Assembly: GCA_030390025.1 (NCBI GenBank)
Contig: JASTWF010000368.1
Location: 372,001-436,000, forward strand
Origin: Squalus acanthias
Lineage: Eukaryota
Length of the DNA: 64,000 nt
Direction of reading: 5' to 3'
The position numbers and the translations under genes are program-made. The notes under the pieces were generated by a model. It was not told the DNA's origin, made no database searches, and saw only the letters and a list, made by a program, of their open reading frames with translations. Each line of letters begins with the position of its first letter. Within the stretch, counting starts at the first letter, position 1. Of the stretch, positions 60,580-64,000 are shown piece by piece.

Positions 60580-61435
60580 CAGGGTAATGCAGAGGGAGCT
60601 CTACACTGTATCTAACCCGTGCTGTACCTGCCCTGGGCGCGCTCGATGCTGACACTGGGTATAAAGTGGGGGACACACTGTCAGGGTAATGTAGAGCGAG
60701 CTCTACACTGTATCTAACCCGTGCTGTACCTGCCCTGGGAGCGCTCGATACTGACACTGGGTATAAAGTGGGGGACACACTGTCAGGGTAATGTAGAGGG
60801 AGCTCTACACTGTATCTAACCCGTGCTGTACCTGCCCCGGGAGCACTCGATGCTGACACTGGGTATAAAGTGGGGACACACTGTCAGGGTAATGTAGAGG
60901 GAGCTCTACACTGTATCTAACCCGTGCTGTACCTGCCCTGGGAGCGCTCGATGCTGACACTGAGTATAAAGAGGGGACACACTGTCAGGGTAATGTTGAG
61001 GGAGCTCTACACTGTATATAACCCGTGCTGTACCTGCCCTGGGAGTGCTCGATGCTGACACTGGGTATAAAGTGGGGGGACACACTGTCAGGGTAATGCA
61101 GAGGGAGCTCTACACTGTATCTAACCCGTGCTTTACCCACCCTGGGAGTGCTCAATGGTGACACTGGGTATAAAGTGGGGGGACACACTGTCAGGGTAAT
61201 GCAGAGGGAGCTCTACACTGTATCTAACCCGTGCTGTACCTGCCCCGGGAGCGCTCGATGCTGACACTGGGTATAAAGTGGGGGACACACTGTCAGGGTA
61301 ATGTAGAGGGAGCTCTACACTGTATCTAACCCGTGCTTTACCCACCCTGGGAGCGCTCGATGCTGACACTGGGTATAAAGTGGGGGGACACACTTTCAGG
61401 GTAATGTAGAGGGAGCTCTACACTGTATCTAACTC
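60580..61435 (-). repeat. ~102-bp satellite (~8 copies), reverse orientation
   Basis: Reverse complement of the unit at 993-1545. Confidence 0.95.
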
Positions 61436-61669
61436 TGTGTTTTCCTCTCTCTCTCTTTATCTCTCTGTGTGTCTCTCTCCCTCTGTCTGTCTCTCTCTCT
61501 CTCTCTCCCTCTCTCTGTCTGTCTGTCTCTCTCCCTCTGTCTGTCTGTCTCTCTCTGTCTCTCTCTCTCTGTCTCTCTCTCTCTCTCTGTCTCTCTCTCT
61601 CTCTCTCTGTCTGTCTCTCTCTCTGTCTCTCTTTCTGTCTGTCTCTCTCTCTCTCTCCCTCTCTCACAG

Positions 61670-61777
61670 AGGATCTCTCGGACAGCGATGAAGTGTTCTC
61701 GAAGGAGATCACGAAGTGGAGTTCGAACGATTTCATCGACAAGGCGGGCTTGGTGGGAGAGAGTGAGGATCGGCAAG
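61670..61777 (+). CDS. PITPNM1: PITPNM1 coding exon 7 (EDLSDSDEVFSKEITKWSSNDFIDK...DRQ)
   Basis: CAG acceptor, G|GTATG donor, 108 nt. Confidence 0.92.
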
Positions 61778-62159
61778 GTATGGACCGAGGACGATTCCGC
61801 GGTGACTGCGTTCGCTGTGGGGAAACCGCGTCTGATGGGAGAGTTGATCGGGCAGGGGGGTGCTTCATAACTCACCTCTGATTCCCCTCGTGTCCCACTC
61901 ACCCACTGGGAGAGCTGATTGGACCGGGGGGAGCATCACACTGGTCTCCGATTCCCCCGCCCCGCTCGCCCACTGGGAGAGTTGATCGACCAGGGGGGGC
62001 ATCACACTGACCTCCGATCCCTCGTCCCGCTCGCCCACTGGGAGAGCTGATCGGGCAGAGGGGGCATCACATTGGCCTCCGATTCCCCCATCCTTCTCAC
62101 CCACTCGGAGAGCAGCAACATCTGATGCATCTCCAGGCATGGAAAGTCCAGAGCAGGGC

Positions 62160-62585
62160 GAGGTTATAACTATCAGTAAAGATTAAACAGGCTGGGGCTC
62201 TTTTCTCTTGAAAAGGGAAGGCTGAAGGGTGACCTGTTGGTGCTCTTTAAGATTATGAATGGGTTCGATAGCGTAGAGGTAGAGAAGATGTTTCTACTTG
62301 TGGGGGCAAGACCAGAACTAAGGGCCATCGATATTGTCCAATGGGGAACTCAGGAGAAACCTCTTTACCCAGAGAGTGGGGAGAATGTGGAACTCGCTCC
62401 CACAGGGAGTGGTTGAGGCGAATGGCAGAGATGCATTTAAGGGGAAGCTGGATAAACACAGGAGGGAGAAAGGAATAGAAGGATGTGTTGATGGGGTGAG
62501 ATGAAGAGGGTGGGAGGAGGCTCGTGTGGAGCATAAACTGCGGCACGGACCTGTTGGGCCAAATGGCCTCTTTCTGTGCTACGTG
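62160..62585 (+). mobile_element. Decayed CR1 3' fragment
   Basis: ctggggctcttttctcttgaaaagggaaggctgaagggtgacctg...tttacccagagagtggggagaatgtggaactcgct...gggccaaatggcctctttctgtgct. Confidence 0.8.
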
Positions 62586-62690
62586 TACTTTGTGATGCAG
62601 GTGTGTGTGTGTGTCCGTGTGTCCAGTTGGCCATGTTTTCTGGCGGTGTGGCCTATGCCCTGACGCTCTCTTGCTCTCCGCTCTCTCCAG

Positions 62691-62767
62691 GTGACACGTC
62701 GCCGGGGTTACGGGGCTCCGAGAACCGGCCGCCCCCCTGCTCGATGGACTCTCGCTCTCTGTCCGAG
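62691..62767 (+). CDS. PITPNM1: PITPNM1 coding exon 8, poorly conserved linker (GDTSPGLRGSENRPPPCSMDSRSLSE)
   Basis: Strong polypyrimidine CAG acceptor, GAG|GTGAG donor; phase 1->0 is what the flanking exons require. Confidence 0.75.
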
Positions 62768-62839
62768 GTGAGCGCGGCCACGGTCAGTTTCGGTCTGCGC
62801 TGCTGCTGGTGTGAGCCAATCGCGCTGGAGATGATTGGG

Positions 62840-63545
62840 AGAGGGGTCAGTGCGGGGGAGGGGGTCAGTGCGGGATCAGTGTGGGTGAGGGGTCAGTGCA
62901 GGGTCAGGAAGGGTGAGGGGTCAGTGTGGGTGAGGGGTCAGTGCAGGGTCAGGAAGGGTGAGGGATCAGTGCGGGTGAGGGGATCAGTGCAGGGTCAGTG
63001 TGGGGCCAGTACGGGTGAGGGGTCAGTGCGGGGTCAGGAAGAGTGAGGGGTCAGTGTGGGTGAGGGGTCAGTGTGAGTGAGGGGTCAGTGCGGGGTCAGT
63101 GTGGGTGAGGGGTCAGTGTGAGTGAGGGGTCAGTGCGGGTGAGGGGCCAGTGCAGGGTCAGTGTGGTGTCAGGAAGGGTGAGGAGTCAGTGTGGTGTCAG
63201 TATGGGTGAGGGGGTCAGTTCAGGGTCAGTGTGAGGTCAGGAAGGGTGAGGAGTCAGTGTGGGTGAGGGGTCAGTGGGAGGTCAGTGCGGGTGCGGGGTC
63301 AGGAAGGGTGAGGGATCAGTGTGGGTGAGGGGGGTCAGTGTGGGGGGGGGTCAGTGTGGGTGAGGGGTCAGTGTGGTGTCAGTGTGGGTGAAGGGTCAGT
63401 GCAGGGTCAGTGTGGGGTCAGGAGGGGTGAGGGGTCACTGTGGGTGAGGGGGCAGTGCGGGGGAGGGGAGGGTCAGTGTGGGTCGGGAGGGGTCAGTGTG
63501 GGGTCAGGAGGGGTGAGGGGTCACTGTGGGTGAGGGGGCAGTACG
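62840..63545. repeat. G-rich degenerate repeat (gagggg-tcagtg-tgggt)n
   Basis: Direct inspection. Confidence 0.9.
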
Positions 63546-63607
63546 GGGTCACGGAGGGACAGGAAAGGTTACTAACGGTGTATATATTTCCCCCACCCCA
63601 CCCACAG

Positions 63608-63852
63608 AGCATTTCGTCCGAGAACATCAGCCAGAGCTGCAAGATCCACGTCCTGACGCTGATCCTCCACGGGGGGAATATCCTGGACCCTGGGGCCGGG
63701 GACCCTGGCTCGAAGCGGGCCGACCTCTCGACGCTGTCCTCGGTCTTCGACACGGTGACTCGGGTCCACTTCCCCGAGGCCCTGGGGCACATGGTGTCCA
63801 GGCTGGTCCCCTGCCCCTCCGTCTGCTCCGACGCCTTAGACCTCATCTTCAA
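63608..63852 (+). CDS. PITPNM1: PITPNM1 coding exon 9 ([27 protein letters not shown]...[17 protein letters not shown]...LIF)
   Basis: CAG acceptor, AA|GTGAG donor, 245 nt. Confidence 0.93.
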
Positions 63853-64000
63853 GTGAGTTACAGAGAGTGGGGGGAAAATATCGGGTTGGCGTGTTGTCAC
63901 TCTCTCTCCTTCATACCTGTGCGTCACACTCTCTCCGTCACACACCACCACCGGCGCACCGTGGCTGCAGTGTGCACCATCTACAAGATGCACTGCAGCA

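Larger units (their letters stand above)
52571..63852 (+). other. PITPNM1: PITPNM1 (Nir2/RdgB-alpha1) gene, 5' coding part: PITP domain, FFAT motif and following region; continues beyond the window
   Basis: Nine GT-AG exons join in frame; sequence closer to PITPNM1 (EYQVAQLYMIQKKSREESSGEG, RALLPKAALQVEEE) than to PITPNM2 as recalled; neighbour of AIP in human. Confidence 0.92.

Overview
Repeat-saturated, GC-rich vertebrate genomic DNA, very probably from a shark or ray: it carries an HE1/V-SINE-type SINE, a Deu-domain SINE, many CR1/HER1-type LINEs and Penelope elements. Three host genes of the human 11q13.2 neighbourhood are present. (1) AIP on the minus strand is complete: 6 exons, 14877->3170, 329 aa. 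(2) PPP1CA on the plus strand shows only exons 1-2 (22733-25573); exons 3-7 are absent from the window. (3) PITPNM1/Nir2 on the plus strand shows 9 coding exons from 52571 and runs off the right end. The first ~920 bp look like the 3' UTR of a further plus-strand gene converging on AIP. A 200-N scaffold gap (38387-38586) splits the window. Left of the gap are a near full-length CR1 LINE and, upstream of it in the same orientation, a full-length frameshifted Tx1-clade LINE bracketed by ~115-bp TATA-containing direct repeats. Right of the gap is a Penelope-like element with an intact RT+GIY-YIG ORF and a perfect zero-loop 5' palindrome. Three well-formed minimal hammerhead ribozyme motifs belong to Penelope ends. 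Most introns hold their own minisatellite, and several of these visibly grew out of SINE or LINE sequence. Nearly all long ORFs in the track are repeat artefacts. No CRISPR, rRNA or true tRNA genes were seen. Family and gene assignments rest on recognised motifs and recalled sequences, not on database searches.
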